Counted from the first letter of the stretch, positions 1 through 14,293 are shown. The stretch is DNA of 64,000 nucleotides from Octopus sinensis (GCF_006345805.1 NC_043001.1:16120001-16184000), one strand, 5' to 3'. Program-made: numbers and translations. Notes: generated by a model from the sequence alone, not told the origin.

Positions 1-64
1 GTTTATGCCTGTAGTCATCTTTGTTTCAGTATGTATTGAAGCTTGTCATAAATATTCAAGTAGG

Positions 65-570
65 AAGGCGGTGAGCTTGCAGACACGTTTGCACACCAGG
101 CTAAATCCTTAGTGGTATTTCGTCTTGTCTTTAGGTTCTGAGTTCAAATTCCGCCGAGGTCGACTTTGCCTTTCATCCTTTCGGGGTCGATGAATTAAGT
201 AACAGTTACACACTGGGGTCGATGTAATCGACTTAATCCGTTTGTCTGTCCTTGTTTGTCCCCTCTGTGTTTAGCCCCTTGTGGGTAGTAAAGAAATAGG
301 TATTTCGTCTGTCGCTACGTTCTGAGTTCAAATTCCGCCGAGGTCGACTTTGCCTTTCATCCTTTCGGGGTCGATAAATTAAGTACCAGTTACGCACTGG
401 GGTCGATGTAATCGACTTAATCCGTTTGTCTGTCCTTGTTTGTCCCCTCTGTGTTTAGCCCCTTGTGGGCAGTAAAGAAACAGGTATTTCGTCTGCCGCT
501 ACGTTCTGAGTTCAAATTCCGCCGAGGTCGACTTTACCTTTCATCCTTTCGGGGTCGATAAATTAAGTAG
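65..570 (+). mobile_element. SINE family A tandem array (head + 3 units, last truncated)
   Basis: tRNA-like head (GGCGG.GAGCTGGCAG, B-box GAGTTCAAATTCC) and core TTTGCCTTTCATCCTTTCGGGGTCGATAAA.TAAGTACC, which from memory resembles the MetaSINE domain. Monomers or short arrays at about 1331-1564, 9077-9309, 10332-10752, 16912-17100(-), 17797-18392, 29190-29419(-), 29870-30035, 32153-32586, 45286-45432. Confidence 0.85.
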
Positions 571-816
571 GTTTTTCCTTTCCCATTTCTTACACAATCA
601 AAGCTCATGGCTCCCACCATCAAGTGGTTTAATTACAATCGTGCAGTAAGGCGGTGCCCCAGCATGGCCACAGTCTAATGACTGAAGCAGGTGAAAGATA
701 AAAGATAAGGGGAATGATTCATACCAACAATTCATGGAGAACTCCAACCACTTGCATTAGCTAGAGGTTTTTACTCACCAATGTAATGCAAGTAAATCTA
801 CTATCATAAAACCCCT

Positions 817-927
817 CCCTCCAAAATTACTGTGGGGCCTCTTAGTCACCGCCAAAATTGCTCTGAGGCCTCCTAGTCACCTCCAAGATTGCTGTGGAGC
901 TCTCTGGTTATCCCCAAAATTTGCAGT
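817..927. repeat. Degenerate 31-bp minisatellite, 3-4 copies
   Basis: Recurrent CCTCCAAAATTGCTGTGGGGCCTC.TAGTCA. A related solitary unit lies near 1238-1277. Confidence 0.65.
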
Positions 928-2284
928 ATGAAATTTTGCTTTATGAAAACGGTGGACTGACAGAATCATTAGAGCGTCATGTTCTGGATTCTTATTCTGC
1001 CACGATCGACTTTGCCTTTCATCCTTCCTGAATCGATAAAATAAAGTACCAGTCAAGTACGAAGATCAGTTTAATCAACTGATGCTCCCACACATTCGTA
1101 ATCTCAAGCTTATTTTAAAATGATTTGTCTTTCGTCCTTTACTCTCTGCTTTACTCTACCATTTTATATCACCGAACTCTTATAACTGTCACTATAGACT
1201 ACATTACACCCATTAATTCTTTTCTAGCAACGATTCTCACCTCAAAATTTGCAGTAGAGCTTTCTGGTCCTTCCCCAGACGGATACTTACAAACCTTAGC
1301 TTTCTGTTAGCAGTACTCCTACTGAAATTGAAGGTGGCGAGCTGACAGAATCGTTAGCTCGCCGGGCGAAATGCTTAGCAGTATTTCGTCTGTCGCTACG
1401 TTCTGTGTTCAAATTCCGCCGAGGTCGACTTTGCCTTTCATCCTTTCGGAGTCGATTAAATAAGTACCAGCTACGCACTGGGGTCGATGTAATCGACTTA
1501 ATCCGTATGTCTGTCCTTGTTTGTCCTCTCTGTGTTTAGCCCCTTGTGGGTAGTAAAGAAATAAGTACTCTTACTGAAAAAAAAAAGCGCCAAACAAACC
1601 TGCGCATGCTCCGTCTTGACCACCTCCACCTCCCAGCCAAGTTGCCCCATATATAATTTCTAAGCAGGTCTCATTTTTTGGAGTGGAAATTTCTAGTTAA
1701 ACTACCATTTCAATATTTGTCAACAGACCCATTTATCAACTCTTATATTTACCTTATATTTGGTAATTTCTCTCATATTCTTTATTCTGGCAATTGCATC
1801 CCTACTGTCAGTCGCTTCTGATAATATACACGTCTGTGAAGATGACAATACGCTTCACTTTACTTAAACTTCTGCATCCACGCAACTGTCATTCTAGAAA
1901 TACACGATTTCATCAACAAGGATATTAAATACATACTTTAACGAGGCATATAACATCTATCTTCTTTCGAGCACGCAGAAAACCTATCACCACACATGTT
2001 GAAGAGACATACCGCCTTCTGTCAAGTCTTCACAAAGTAATTTTATCCCATCGCCAAGTCACTTTCTGTTTTATTTTCTAGACACCACATCAAACACTTT
2101 CTTTATACCAATCCTTTCTCTTCAGAACTTCGACCTTGTGTTTGTACTATATGTGAAATGGTGTAAAGACCAACTGCTGGTATGCCCCCACGATGCATGG
2201 CTTCCAGGTGTCATCCCCACCGCGTCGAATCGCAGCCGACCAGTGATCTAGCAAAACACATATATTGTGAATGCGTGTTTGATA

Positions 2285-2315
<31 letters not shown>

Positions 2316-2357
2316 TGTATGTATGTATGTATGTATGTATGTATGTATGTATGTATG

Positions 2358-2392
<35 letters not shown>

Positions 2393-2394
2393 CA

Positions 2395-2760
2395 TATAGA
2401 GGGTACTATTATTTTTGTTCCGAATAGGCAGATTGTTACCGAAATGCATTACGAATAAGCCCGCCATTTTCATAGATATGTAAAGATAAACATTCGTACA
2501 TGCTCCGACGAATTCTACGGTTGGCTGTCGGGTATGCTATATTGTGTTTTTTCCTTACATGTCTTGAGTTCGTTGCACTGAAAAACATAGAATGCATATT
2601 CTGCACTGATTGCGATATCACAGGTGATATGTAACTAAATTCTGTTTTTAAATGACTTGCTTTGAAGTTTTGCATTCGGTACAATTTGTTTATTTTAGTA
2701 GTTTTGACTGCAACAGTCCCTCCTAGCGTGCGGTACCTATGAATAATAGTACCCTCTATA
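2395..2760. mobile_element. MITE with 19-bp TIRs
   Basis: TATAGAGGGTACTATTATT ... AATAATAGTACCCTCTATA. Confidence 0.75.
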
Positions 2761-2868
2761 TAATATAAATAAATATTTTCAAAGTGGAAAAATTTACAGA
2801 TTTTTTCTCTTACGAGGTTTTTCAAGCTAACTACTGATAATTTCTTATAAAGATTTTATCCTTAATTT

Positions 2869-2961
<93 letters not shown>

Positions 2962-3681
2962 TATATAGCTTACCAACCACATGGTTCCGGGTTCAGTCTC
3001 ACTACGCGGCACCTTGGGCAAGTGTCTTCTACTATAGCCTCGGGCCGACCAAAGTCTTGTGAGTGGATTTGGTAGACGGAAACTGAAAGAAACCCATCGT
3101 ATATATGTATATATATATATGTACGTGTGTATATGTGTTTGTGTGTATTTGTTTGTCTCCCCAACATCGCTTGACAACCGATGCTGGTGTGTTTACGTCC
3201 CCGTAACATAGCGGTTCGGCAAAAGAAACCGATAGAATAAGTACTAGGCTTACAAAGTCCTGAAGTCGATTTGCTCGACTAAAAGCGGTACTCCAGCATG
3301 GCCACAGACAGATGACTGAAACAAGTAAAAGAGGAAAAGAGTATACATACATACATAAATGCGTATATATATGTAAATGTATATAGTATATTTGTGTAAA
3401 TATATGTCTTGCAAACAACTTGCACATGCAAGTACTACCAGTTAAAAGCTCTGAATACCGGAAGCTAGCAAGTGTATGGGGTCATCAGGAGAAAATGCGT
3501 GCCGTTTCGGGGCCTACCTCTCGACGGCATCAATGCGCACCGGCCCCCCTCACTGATATGAGGCCTCGCTTGCTAGATCAGCTGGTTATGAAGAACTCAA
3601 TATACTTCTAGCCATCGCTCATCGTCTTTTTTATATATATATATGTATATTAATATATGTATATTATAGCTATATATCTCT

Positions 3682-3792
<111 letters not shown>

Positions 3793-4557
3793 AGTGTTGC
3801 GGCTACTTGTCCATAGGAACCTAGTTAGGTCGTTTAGTATATAAAATTGAATATTCTAACTCTAGGTTGTCAATATGTTTTTTTTTTAAATCTCTGAGTA
3901 CGATAAAATGGATTTTGATGGACTCATTTGACTCACCAACCAACTGCATGAAAGGGCGATTAGGACACGAATCGATAGAAAAATCTACCGACTTGCCGTC
4001 GTCCTGATCAGTCAAGCTGCTTAAGAACTCTTTGTACAAATTATAATTTCGAAATTTCGAACATTGAATCTAATACTTGTATTGTATTGCAGTTACCATT
4101 CGTCAATATATGGGAGTATCAGTGATCGGTCGCATCGTGAGAACAACGAAAATGAGTCACCTCTCCCTCGCCCTCACCCTCAAAATATCGACGAACTCAG
4201 ATTGGACAGTTGGGTGCTATCATTGACTGTAAAGTGACCAGCTGTAATCTGCAGAAACTACCGATCGGTATCACTAATAAGTAAGCAAATAGTTCTTAAA
4301 CACGAACTGTAAACGAAAGTGAAAAACAAACTTCGCTGTCGTAAAAAACAATCAGGGTGTAGTACTATTAACAATAAGTTTGCAAATTTGTAGTATGAAA
4401 GTCATGCCACAAAGGTCGTAAAAGCCTCTCATTAGAATAATTAAGACATATTCGTGAGAGGAGTGTGGAATGTAAGCAAGAAACACAATCCTGGTGTAAT
4501 GGGGTTTAATTAGCAACGGAGTGAATACCTTACACACGTTTCTCCCAGAACAAATGA

Positions 4558-5078
4558 TTTTCTTTATTACCCACAAGGGGCTACACACAGAGAGGACAAA
4601 CAAGGACAGACAAACGGATTAAGTCGATTATATCGACCCTAGTGCGTAACTGGTACTTATTTAATCGACCTCGAAAGGATGAAAGGCAAAGTCGACCTCG
4701 GTGGAATTTGAACTCAGAACGTAGCGGCAGACGAAATACCTATTTCTTTACTACTCACAAGAGGCTAAACACAGAGAGGACAAACAAAGAGAAACAAACG
4801 GATTAAGTCGATTATATTGACCCCAGTGCGTAACTGGTACTTATTTAATCGACCCCGAAAGGATGAAAGACAAAGTCGACCTCGGCGGAATTTGAACTCA
4901 GAACGTAGCGGCAGACGAAATGCCTATTTCTTTACAACCCACAAGGGGCTAAACACAGATAGGACAAACAAGGACAGACAAACGGATTAAGTCGATTATA
5001 TTGACCCCAGTGCGTAACTGGTACTTATTTAATCGACCCCGAAAGGATGAAAGACAAAGTCGACCTTGGCGGAATTTG
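4558..5078 (-). mobile_element. SINE family A tandem array (3 units)
   Basis: 184-bp periodic reverse-complement units. Confidence 0.9.
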
Positions 5079-5695
5079 CCCACTAGTGAAACTCTTCTGC
5101 TGGTTGTTGCAAATCTACCGAACGGAGCCCCACCCCTGCCGCTGGCAGAGACCCGATAATCGGTTATTGATTTAGAAAGCTCAAATTCTACAAGGTAGGC
5201 CACGTCAACCTGTTCCAAAAAAACAAAAAACAACAAGCGCTCAACTAGATGTGCCAGACTGGTTAACAATTGTACATAAAATGTTCGTAGCTAAAAGCCG
5301 GAAGATACAAGTCCATCGCATGTCATGTTGCTGTACACACGTTGCTTGGATGTATTCCTTTAAGATTAGTGCGAAACGCACAGCGTGCTGACTGGTGAGC
5401 AGGCAGGCTGAAAGAAAAATGTCTTGGTCTGTGCTGAACAACTGCTCAACGACGAAGTTTTCCTTAATGAAGCGAAGTGACGCCACTGAAGCTTACAGTC
5501 GCCATATCTTGACTCTAAGACGACGTTTGATTCTGTTTCTCACTCAGATATAACACAGTTACTACATCTCACCGTCACTTCGAAGCTTCGGTTTATAAGC
5601 CGTCGTCAGGCTATGATGTGCCGGTAAACGAAGTCGACGATGACAAAGGGAAACTTTGTATCCAAAAGGAAGTTCTCATGTGAGAGGCGATTTAA

Positions 5696-5913
5696 CCCTT
5701 TAGCATTTAAACCGGCCATATCCGGCCAAAAGTATTCTGCCTGTTTTATGTTGAAAATGGCCAGATCTGGTCTCTCACACCAACCCTACAATATCGTTTT
5801 AAAAATTAACAGCTACCTCATCAAAATCTCAAAGCTACAAGATAATGCCTGATTAGTTCAAAACAATGTGGATGAAAAAGCATTAGTTTTGGCAGTATGT
5901 GAACACTAAAGGG
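5696..5913. mobile_element. piggyBac-like MITE
   Basis: TTAA|CCCTTTAG ... CTAAAGGG|TTAA. Confidence 0.8.
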
Positions 5914-6492
5914 TTAAGGATCTACACTAAAGAACTTTAATGGAATCATGACTGAATTCACTAAAATTCTCAAGGCCTGGAACCAATACGTAACGTAATA
6001 AAGTGAGCGTGTGTGATATATGGTTATTTGGATATCATAATTTGGCCACGGAGAAGAAGCCTCAAACTAAAAAAAATGAGGTTATTTTAGTAACCCTTCC
6101 AAGCACCTTCGAGATTATTGGAATATTTAGAGTAAGGGCAACTGAGCACTACTATGCATGTTTTTCCTTGGAGCTTTTTAAGTTCCCGAGAGAGTTCGAG
6201 CCGGTCGCTAACAAAGTGACAAGACTTTTTGAGTTAAGATAGTTCTCGGTGTTTGTAAATATATGGTTGAGTTGGTGTGTTGGTTGAACTGTCGATGGGT
6301 TAGGGTTAATCTCTAACCTAACCCAAGTGTGTTCATCTTTTCCTTCAGAATCTCATATGGAGAATTTTTGGAATGTCTTACAAATCCCCACTGTACCATT
6401 AACAGATTGAATTTGTATGTATGTATATATGAATGTATGTTTGTGCGCGAGCTAATATGTATATACATACATACATACATACATACATACAT

Positions 6493-6529
<37 letters not shown>

Positions 6530-6706
6530 TATATGTATGTATGTATGTATGTATGTATATAGGCACAAGTGTGGCTGTGTGGTAAGAAGCTTACTTCCCA
6601 ACCACATGGTTCCGGGTTCATTTCCACTGCGTGGCACCTTTGTAAGTGGATTTGATTGGAGGAAACTGAAAGCAGCCCGTCGTATACATATATACATATA
6701 TATATA

Positions 6707-6765
<59 letters not shown>

Positions 6766-6803
6766 GTAGTAGTAGTAGTATTAGTAGTAGTAGTAGTAGT
6801 AGT

Positions 6804-6839
<36 letters not shown>

Positions 6840-6843
<4 letters not shown>

Positions 6844-7198
6844 TATCGCCAAACTAACATGGCAGTCCAGGAAATATAGACGAATGCTGCCGTTGATTAG
6901 CTCCAAGAATCCATCGCCTCTAGCTAGCTATGTGACACACAAACCTGTGACCATTATAACCTTCGAGCAAGGGAGGTCAGCAGCGACGCCTGCTGGGTTT
7001 GGCTACTCCACATTGATTAGAGGCAACTACCTCGAAACTAGTCTGTGGATGTCAAATCAGTATGGAAACTGTTCGTAGGTTGTAATGGACACAGGTTCGT
7101 GTGTCATATAGCTAGCTAGAGGCGATGTCTCTTGGAGCTAATCAACGGCAGCATTCGTCCTATTTTTCTGGACAGCCATGTTAGCTTGGCGATAACTA
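6840..7198. mobile_element. MITE with about 125-bp imperfect TIRs
   Basis: TAGTTATCGCCAAACTAACATGGC... / ...GCCATGTTAGCTTGGCGATAACTA, inserted in the microsatellite of a SINE. Confidence 0.85.
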
Positions 7199-7201
7199 TT
7201 A

Positions 7202-7272
<71 letters not shown>

Positions 7273-7709
7273 CACACAACATATATTTATATTTGTGCGT
7301 TTGTTCTGTGTTTGTTACCCCGCATCGCTTGACAACCGATGTTGGTGTGTTAATGTCCCCGTAACCTAGCTGTCTAAGAAAAGAAACCGATAGAATAAGT
7401 ACTAACTTGCAATGAATTAGTCGTGGACTCGATTCGTTCGTCTAAAACTCCTTAAGGTGGCGCTCCAGCATGGCCGCAGTCAAACGACTGAAACAAGTAA
7501 AAAAAATAAAAGAATAACACCCACACACACACATATATGTATGTATGTATGTATGTATGTATATAGGCACAAGTGTGGTGTGTGGTAAGAAGCTTACTTC
7601 CCAACCACATGGTTCCGGGTTCATTTCCACTGCGTGGCACCTTTGTAAGTGGATTTGATTGGAGGAAACTGAAAGCAGCCCGTCGTATACATATATACAT
7701 ATATATATA

Positions 7710-7759
<50 letters not shown>

Positions 7760-7771
7760 TATTATTATTAT

Positions 7772-7828
<57 letters not shown>

Positions 7829-7832
<4 letters not shown>

Positions 7833-8189
7833 TATCGCCAAACTAACATGGCAGTCCAGGAAAATAGGACGAATGCTGCCGTTGATTAGCTCCAAGAATC
7901 CATCGCCTCTAGCTAGCTATGTGACACACAAACCTGTGACCATTATAACCTTCGAACTGGGGAAGTCAGCAGCGACGCCTGCTGGGTTTGGCTACTCCAC
8001 ATTGATAAGAGGCAACTACCTCGAAACTAGTCTGTGGATGTCAAATCAGTAAGGGAAACTGTTCGTAGGTTATAATGGACACAGGTTTGTGTGTCACATA
8101 GCTAGCTAGAGGCGATGGCCTCTTGGAGATAATCAACGGCAGCATTCGTTCTATTTTTCTGGACAGCCATGTTAGCTTGGCGATAACTA
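7829..8189. mobile_element. Second copy of the long-TIR MITE within a tandem duplication
   Basis: Near-identical to 6840-7198 in the same context. Confidence 0.85.
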
Positions 8190-8459
8190 TTAATATACAT
8201 ATATATATATATATACACACACATATATTTATATTTGTGCGTTTGTGTCTGTGTTTGTTACCCCGCCATCGCTTGACAACCGATGTTGGTGTGTTAATGT
8301 CCCCGTAACCTAGCTGTCTAAGAAAAGAAACCGATAGAATAAGTACTAACTTGCAATGAATTAGTCGTGGACTCGATTCGTTCGTCTAAAACTCCTTAAG
8401 GTGGCGCTCCAGCATGGCCGCAGTCAAACGACTGAAACAAGTAAAAAAAATAAAAGAAT

Positions 8460-8499
<40 letters not shown>

Positions 8500-9737
8500 G
8501 AATGTATGTATATACTTATAAATATTTTGTTTGTCGTGTGTACGGCATACCGGATGTGTAATGTACGTAATTCGATTCTAACATTTTCTTTAAACCAGGC
8601 TTATGGTGGATTACACATATTGTCGGATTGGGAAGATCAAGGATTGATAACGGCTGAATAGTTTAAATTGATGTCGGCGTACTTTTAGGTAGTCACGTGG
8701 TGTCTGACCTCAATTGCCATCGGGTATCGATCATGATGTTGATTTGGCTGGAGAGGTCTTTCTTTAAACAAGCTAACCACTATCTGTCATTTCTTCTCAG
8801 TACCTACTGGCGAATGTAATCGTCTAAACGCTTGACTGAACTTAATTGTAAATCCAAATACGTAATCCTTGTTTACGTTACGTACGACAAGCAACGAGGT
8901 AACCTCTTTGTGGTCATTCGATCTCCTAGAAAAGCCTCCTCGCTTCATAGAGACAATGCTATGATAATTATCACAGGTTATCATCCAAATATCAATCCTA
9001 CCGTATTAAAAAAAAAGGAAGACATTGGTTCATACAGTCCGAGTGGAGGCGCGTGGCTTAGTGGTTAGGGTGTTGAAGGCGGGGAGCTGGCAGAGACGTT
9101 AGCACTCCGGGCGAAATGCGTAGCCGTATTTCGTCTGACGTTACGTTGTGAGTTCAAATTCCGCCGAGATCGACCTTACCTTTCATCCTTTCGGGATCGA
9201 TAAATTAAGTACCAGTTACGCACTGGGGTCGATGTAATCGACTTAATACCCATGTCTGTCCTTGTTTGTCCTCTCTATGTTTAGCCCCTTGTGGGTAATA
9301 AAGAAATAGATTAGGGTGTTGAACTCATGATCGTAAGGTTGTGGTTTCGATTCCTGGACCGGGCGATGCGTTGTGTTCTTGAGCAAAACACTTCATTTCA
9401 CGTTGCTCCAGTCCACTCAGATGGCAAAAATGAGTAACGCTGTGATGGACTGGCGTCCCGTTCAGGTGGGGAATTTCTACTCTACTGAAACCGGGAAACC
9501 GGCCCTTATAAACCTGGCATGGCTCGAGAAGGAACATAAAGTCCAGGATATACATGATGATGGCTGGCATGCCCACTCTTGGTTGCCGTATTGAAGGCAG
9601 AGTGTTAAACCACGGGTGGATTCAAGTTAATACGATGTTAAACACAGTCATCATCAGAGATAATGTGTTTGCTGATGACAGCATATTTTATGTTAATTTA
9701 TATGCTTACATGCAATGCATAAACTTTGGTGTCGTTA

Positions 9738-10133
9738 TCTTTATATATAAAAGTGAGGTTGTGTGCTGTCTGTCTCCTACGATTTAGATTTCTAACTACT
9801 CCCACATTTTGCGGTGCAGTTTAACCAAAACCGGGTATCTTATAGTCGTGATTCATATCGAGCCCTTCTGGGTATTAGCGCGCGTCAACGATGAGTCTAC
9901 GATTTAAAAAAAAATTACCATCAATTTTTCCCATTTTTAATGCATTTTTGGCATATATAAGGGAAGTAACTCTCTAAAAATTTATTATTAAATCTCAGAA
10001 TGTAAAAAGCTACAGTAACCTCCCACCCTTTGTGGTTAGCCATATTGAGATGGCTATTATACCTTACATCTCTAAAAATGCTTATATAGTTATTTCCCTT
10101 ACAAACCCGAGCAACGCCGGGCGATACTGCTAG
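9738..10133 (+). mobile_element. Non-autonomous Helitron
   Basis: A|TC 5' end, subterminal hairpin CCCGAGCAACGCCGGG, CTAG|T 3' end, no TSD. Confidence 0.85.
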
Positions 10134-10189
10134 TTGTAAATAAAGAACAGCCGGCCTCAGGGAAAATTTTGCTTTTGTCTAAACACCAG

Positions 10190-11150
10190 AAGCAACATAA
10201 AGAGGCTCTATAGAGTGAAAAGGCTTGCCTGTTTTAGCAGTACAGTTCCACAAAAATATCATTAATGGTGATGTAAGAGTGTGGAATCGGAGAGATCAGC
10301 ACCGCTTTTGGTAGACGGTATGACAATGTTTAAGGCGGCGAGCTGGCAGAAATGTTAGCACGTCGGGCGAAATGCTTAGCGGTATTTCGTCTGTGTTTAC
10401 GTTCTGAGTTCAAATTCCGCCGAGGTCGACTTTGCCTTTCATCCTTTCGGAGTCGATGAAATAAGTACCAGTTACGCACTGGGGTCGATGTAATCGACTT
10501 AATAATTATGTCTGTCCTTGTTTGTCCTCTCTGTGTTTAGCCCCTTGTGTGTAGTAAAGAAATAGGTATTTCGTCTGCCGCTACGTTCTGAGTTCAAATT
10601 CCGCCGAGGTCGACTTTGCCTTTCATCCTTTCGGGGGTCGATTAAATGAGTACCAGTTACGCACTGGGGTTGATATAATCGACTTAATCCGTTTGTCTGT
10701 CCTTGTTTGTCCTCTCTGTGTTTAGCCCCTTGTGGGTAGTAAAGAAATAGGTATGACAGTGTCTGGAACTGGAAAAGTATCAAATTATAGGGACAAAACT
10801 GAAAGTGTACAGCACAATTGGGTTCCTACATGCACGTTGATCTCCGTTAGTGAAACATGGATTGTATATCAACGTCACACAAAAGGCCACTTTAAAACCT
10901 CAACATCAAATAGTAAGGGTTTCAGAGTTTGAGGTATTTGTTCAAGAAGGCCTTCTCTGCATCTACATCATGCTGAGGCAGTTTCAGCTAAATAAGAAGG
11001 TTATGTAACTCGCTTGCTGGAACCGTCGGCCACTGAGAAAACAAACAAGCAAAAAGCAAACACTAACTGCTCTACGAAAACTACAAAGAAAGCAATCTAC
11101 AAAGAAAGACCGCTTAAGATATGAATTTTATTTTTCTACTTTTGCTAATT
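10190..11150 (+). mobile_element. Ancient RTE-like LINE fragment interrupted by a SINE dimer
   Basis: Residual motifs AFGR (about 10303-10318), KLKVYS and SETWIVYQRH (about 10795-10880). Heavily decayed. Confidence 0.5.
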
Positions 11151-11585
11151 TAATTTCTTAAGACTTTTGCATTTCATCCAAGCAAACAATTCACAGACCA
11201 ACGGATCACACCTGATTTATTTTCTCCAGACTCTACAAACTTCCCTGTCCGAGGTCAGTGTCCTCAATGCCACGTAACACCATCCGTCTTACACGTATTG
11301 AGTACTCTCTGTCCTTTCATTCATTTCAGCCAAACAGTTTTTAAGATATTACTACAACCTTTTATTTGCTCTTTCCAGGTCGCTGGTGATACAGAATCTG
11401 ACAGATGAGAGATTATATGATAATCGAATATCGCCACATTTTGATCTTGGTAAGTTTTCTTCTCTTTAATATTGATTCAACAGATTCCATTATATTTTCA
11501 ACATAGTTGAAAATATTTCTCCAGTATGGAATCAAATTGGTCAAGATGTCCGGGTACCAGGCATGGGTTCGATGGTACAAGCCTT

Positions 11586-12372
11586 AAGGCGGCGAGCTGG
11601 CAGTAACGTTAACACGTCCGGCGAAATGCTCAACGGTATTTCGTCTGCCGATACGTTCTGAGTTCAAATTCCGCCGAGGTCGGCTTTGCCTTTCATCCTT
11701 TCGGGGTCGATAAATTAAGTACAAGTTACGCACTGGGGTCGATATAATCGACTTAATCCGTTTTTCTGTCCTTGTTTGTCCCCTCTGTGTGTAGCCCCTT
11801 GTGAGTAATAAAGAAATAGATATTTCATCTGCCGCTACGTTCTGAGTTCAATTTCCGCCGAGGTCGACTTTGCCTTTCATCCTTTCGGGGTCGATGAAAT
11901 AAGTACAAGTTACGCACTGGGGTCGATATAATCGACTTAATCCGCTTGTCTGTCCTTGTTTGTCCTCTCTGTGTTTAGCCCCTTGTGGGTAATAAAGAAA
12001 TAGGTATTTCGTCTGCCGATACGTTCTGAGTTCAAATTCTGCCGAGGTCGACTTTGCCTTTCATCCTTTCGGGGTCGATAAATTAAGTACAAGTTACGCA
12101 CTGGGGTCGATATAATCGACTTAATCCGCTTGTCTGTCCTTGTTTGTCCCCTCTGTGTGTAGCCCCTTGTGGGTAATAAAGAAATAGATATTTCATCTGC
12201 CGCTACGTTCTGAGTTCAATTTCCGCCGAGGTCGGCTTTGCCTTTCATCCTTTCGGGGTCGATAAATTAAGTACCAGTTACGCACTGGGGTCGATATAAT
12301 CGACTTAATCCGCTTGTCTGTCCTTGTTTGTCCTCTCTGTGTTTAGCCCCTTGTGGGTAGTAAAGAAATAGG
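11586..12372 (+). mobile_element. SINE family A tandem array (4 units) with TSD
   Basis: Units end at about 11820, 12004, 12188 and 12372. GGTACAAGCCT on both flanks. Confidence 0.9.
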
Positions 12373-13147
12373 TACAAGCCTAATCACAAACATTATATTG
12401 TGCCCATTGCCAAAATATTAACATCCAAATTTATCAACGAATCAGTCAGTTTGTTTAGTTTATGATAATCCCAAATGACAGTCAATAATGAAAACAGTCT
12501 GATAACTAGTGACGTTAGAGGATGAGACAAAATGTCTCGCGATAAAGAATTTTAAATTGGAAAAGTCTTTGATAAATGACAACGGACTGAACATGATCAA
12601 TAGACTAAATAATAACACTGTCAACATAAAACATGACGTTAGTCACTTGGTTGGTATACGTTGGTAGCAATCTCAGTAGTCACAGCATTAATGATAAAAA
12701 CGCCTTTTGTTAACGTCGCCGTACACTGGAAGAATGGAAACCTTATGAAGATCCCGAGAAAGAGAAAGTAGTGGAGGAGTTATGTCTGAAGGACTATATG
12801 AAGTTTACGAAGGAGAAATGTCGAAGCATGGTGGAATACTTCTGCTTCTTAGAGATCGAGGAAGGGTTCAACGTTCGCATGCGTGGTACGTCTGCTCCGT
12901 CAGACAGTGCTTGAATTATATATTTAACCTTGTTTTCGAAACAGAGGATGCGGTTCAGTGACAGTCAACGTTCATGCAATACACGCTCGCATATAGACTG
13001 ATAACCCATTATATGGGGCGAAGAAATCTGCGAATTACATTAAAAGCATGAATGTGTATATAACCAGAGTTGATTGTGAGCACAAAAGAATCCGGAGAGT
13101 ACGAACAATCAGCAAAAATATAGTCTCTCTCTCTCTCTCTCTCTATG

Positions 13148-13189
<42 letters not shown>

Positions 13190-13206
13190 ATATACTATAT
13201 ATATAT

Positions 13207-13242
<36 letters not shown>

Positions 13243-13745
13243 AACGTATGTATGTATGTATGTATGTATATCTCTCTTTTACTCTCTTTTACTTGTTTCA
13301 GTCATTTGACTGTGGCCATGCTGAAGCACCGCCTTTACTCGAGCCAATCGACCCCAGGACTTATTCTTTGTAAGCCTAGTACTTATTCTATCGGTCTCTT
13401 TTGCCGAACAGCAAAGTTACGGGGACGTAAACACACAAGCATCGATTGTCAAGCGATGTTGGAAGGGGGGACAAACAAAGACATACAAACACACACACAC
13501 ACATATATGCATATACATGTATACGACGGTCTTCTTTCAGCCTCCGTCTACCAAATCCGCTCACAAGCTTTTGGTCGGCCCGAAGCTATAGTAGAAGACA
13601 CTCGCCCAAGGTGCCACCCAGTGGTACTGAACCCGGAACTATGTGGCTGGTAAGCAAGCTACTTACCGCGCCAGCCACTCCTGCGCCTATGTATATATAT
13701 GTATGTATGTACGTATCTATTTATGTATGTATGTATGTATGTATG

Positions 13746-13804
<59 letters not shown>

Positions 13805-13852
13805 GTATATATTATATATATATGTGTATATATATATATATACATTTATATA

Positions 13853-13883
<31 letters not shown>

Positions 13884-14218
13884 CATACATACATGCATAC
13901 ATACAATATATAAGGCTTCACTTCCACACGCTACCTTAATTTAATTCGTCCTTAGTCGAAAGGCCCCTGTTGTTATGTCCTGTTAATTGCATTTGTATTT
14001 GTGTAACATTTCTGTGGTTTTTCGTCCTTGTTTTCGTATACATTCGCTTCTTTCTTCCAAGGATTCTAATGCTCTTAGCGTAGTTTTTCCTTGAGGGTGG
14101 CCAGATTGGAGCAATCTCGAGTATAACCAGCCGAAATTACAAAGATAATCTGGAACTCGACTGAGGAAAGAAAACTCTGAATGACCCGTCCTTGTTTTCT
14201 TTGTATCGCCTGTATATA

Positions 14219-14277
<59 letters not shown>

Positions 14278-14293
14278 GTATATATATATATGT

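Larger units (their letters stand above)
6515..8480. repeat. About 1-kb tandem duplication (SINE B + microsatellites + MITE)
   Basis: About 6515-7520 and about 7520-8480 share the same nested architecture with few substitutions. Confidence 0.9.

Noticed and set aside
1700-2140. Possible ancient minus-strand RT remnant (also unassigned unique stretches at 5090-5520, 12380-13060, 23750-24230)
   Set aside because: Only vague motif resemblance by eye. Cannot be supported without a translated search.
3478-3520. Minus-strand GAAA...CTGATGA as a permuted hammerhead
   Set aside because: The would-be stem II strands (CCCC/CCCC) cannot pair and there is no proper stem III or NUH site.
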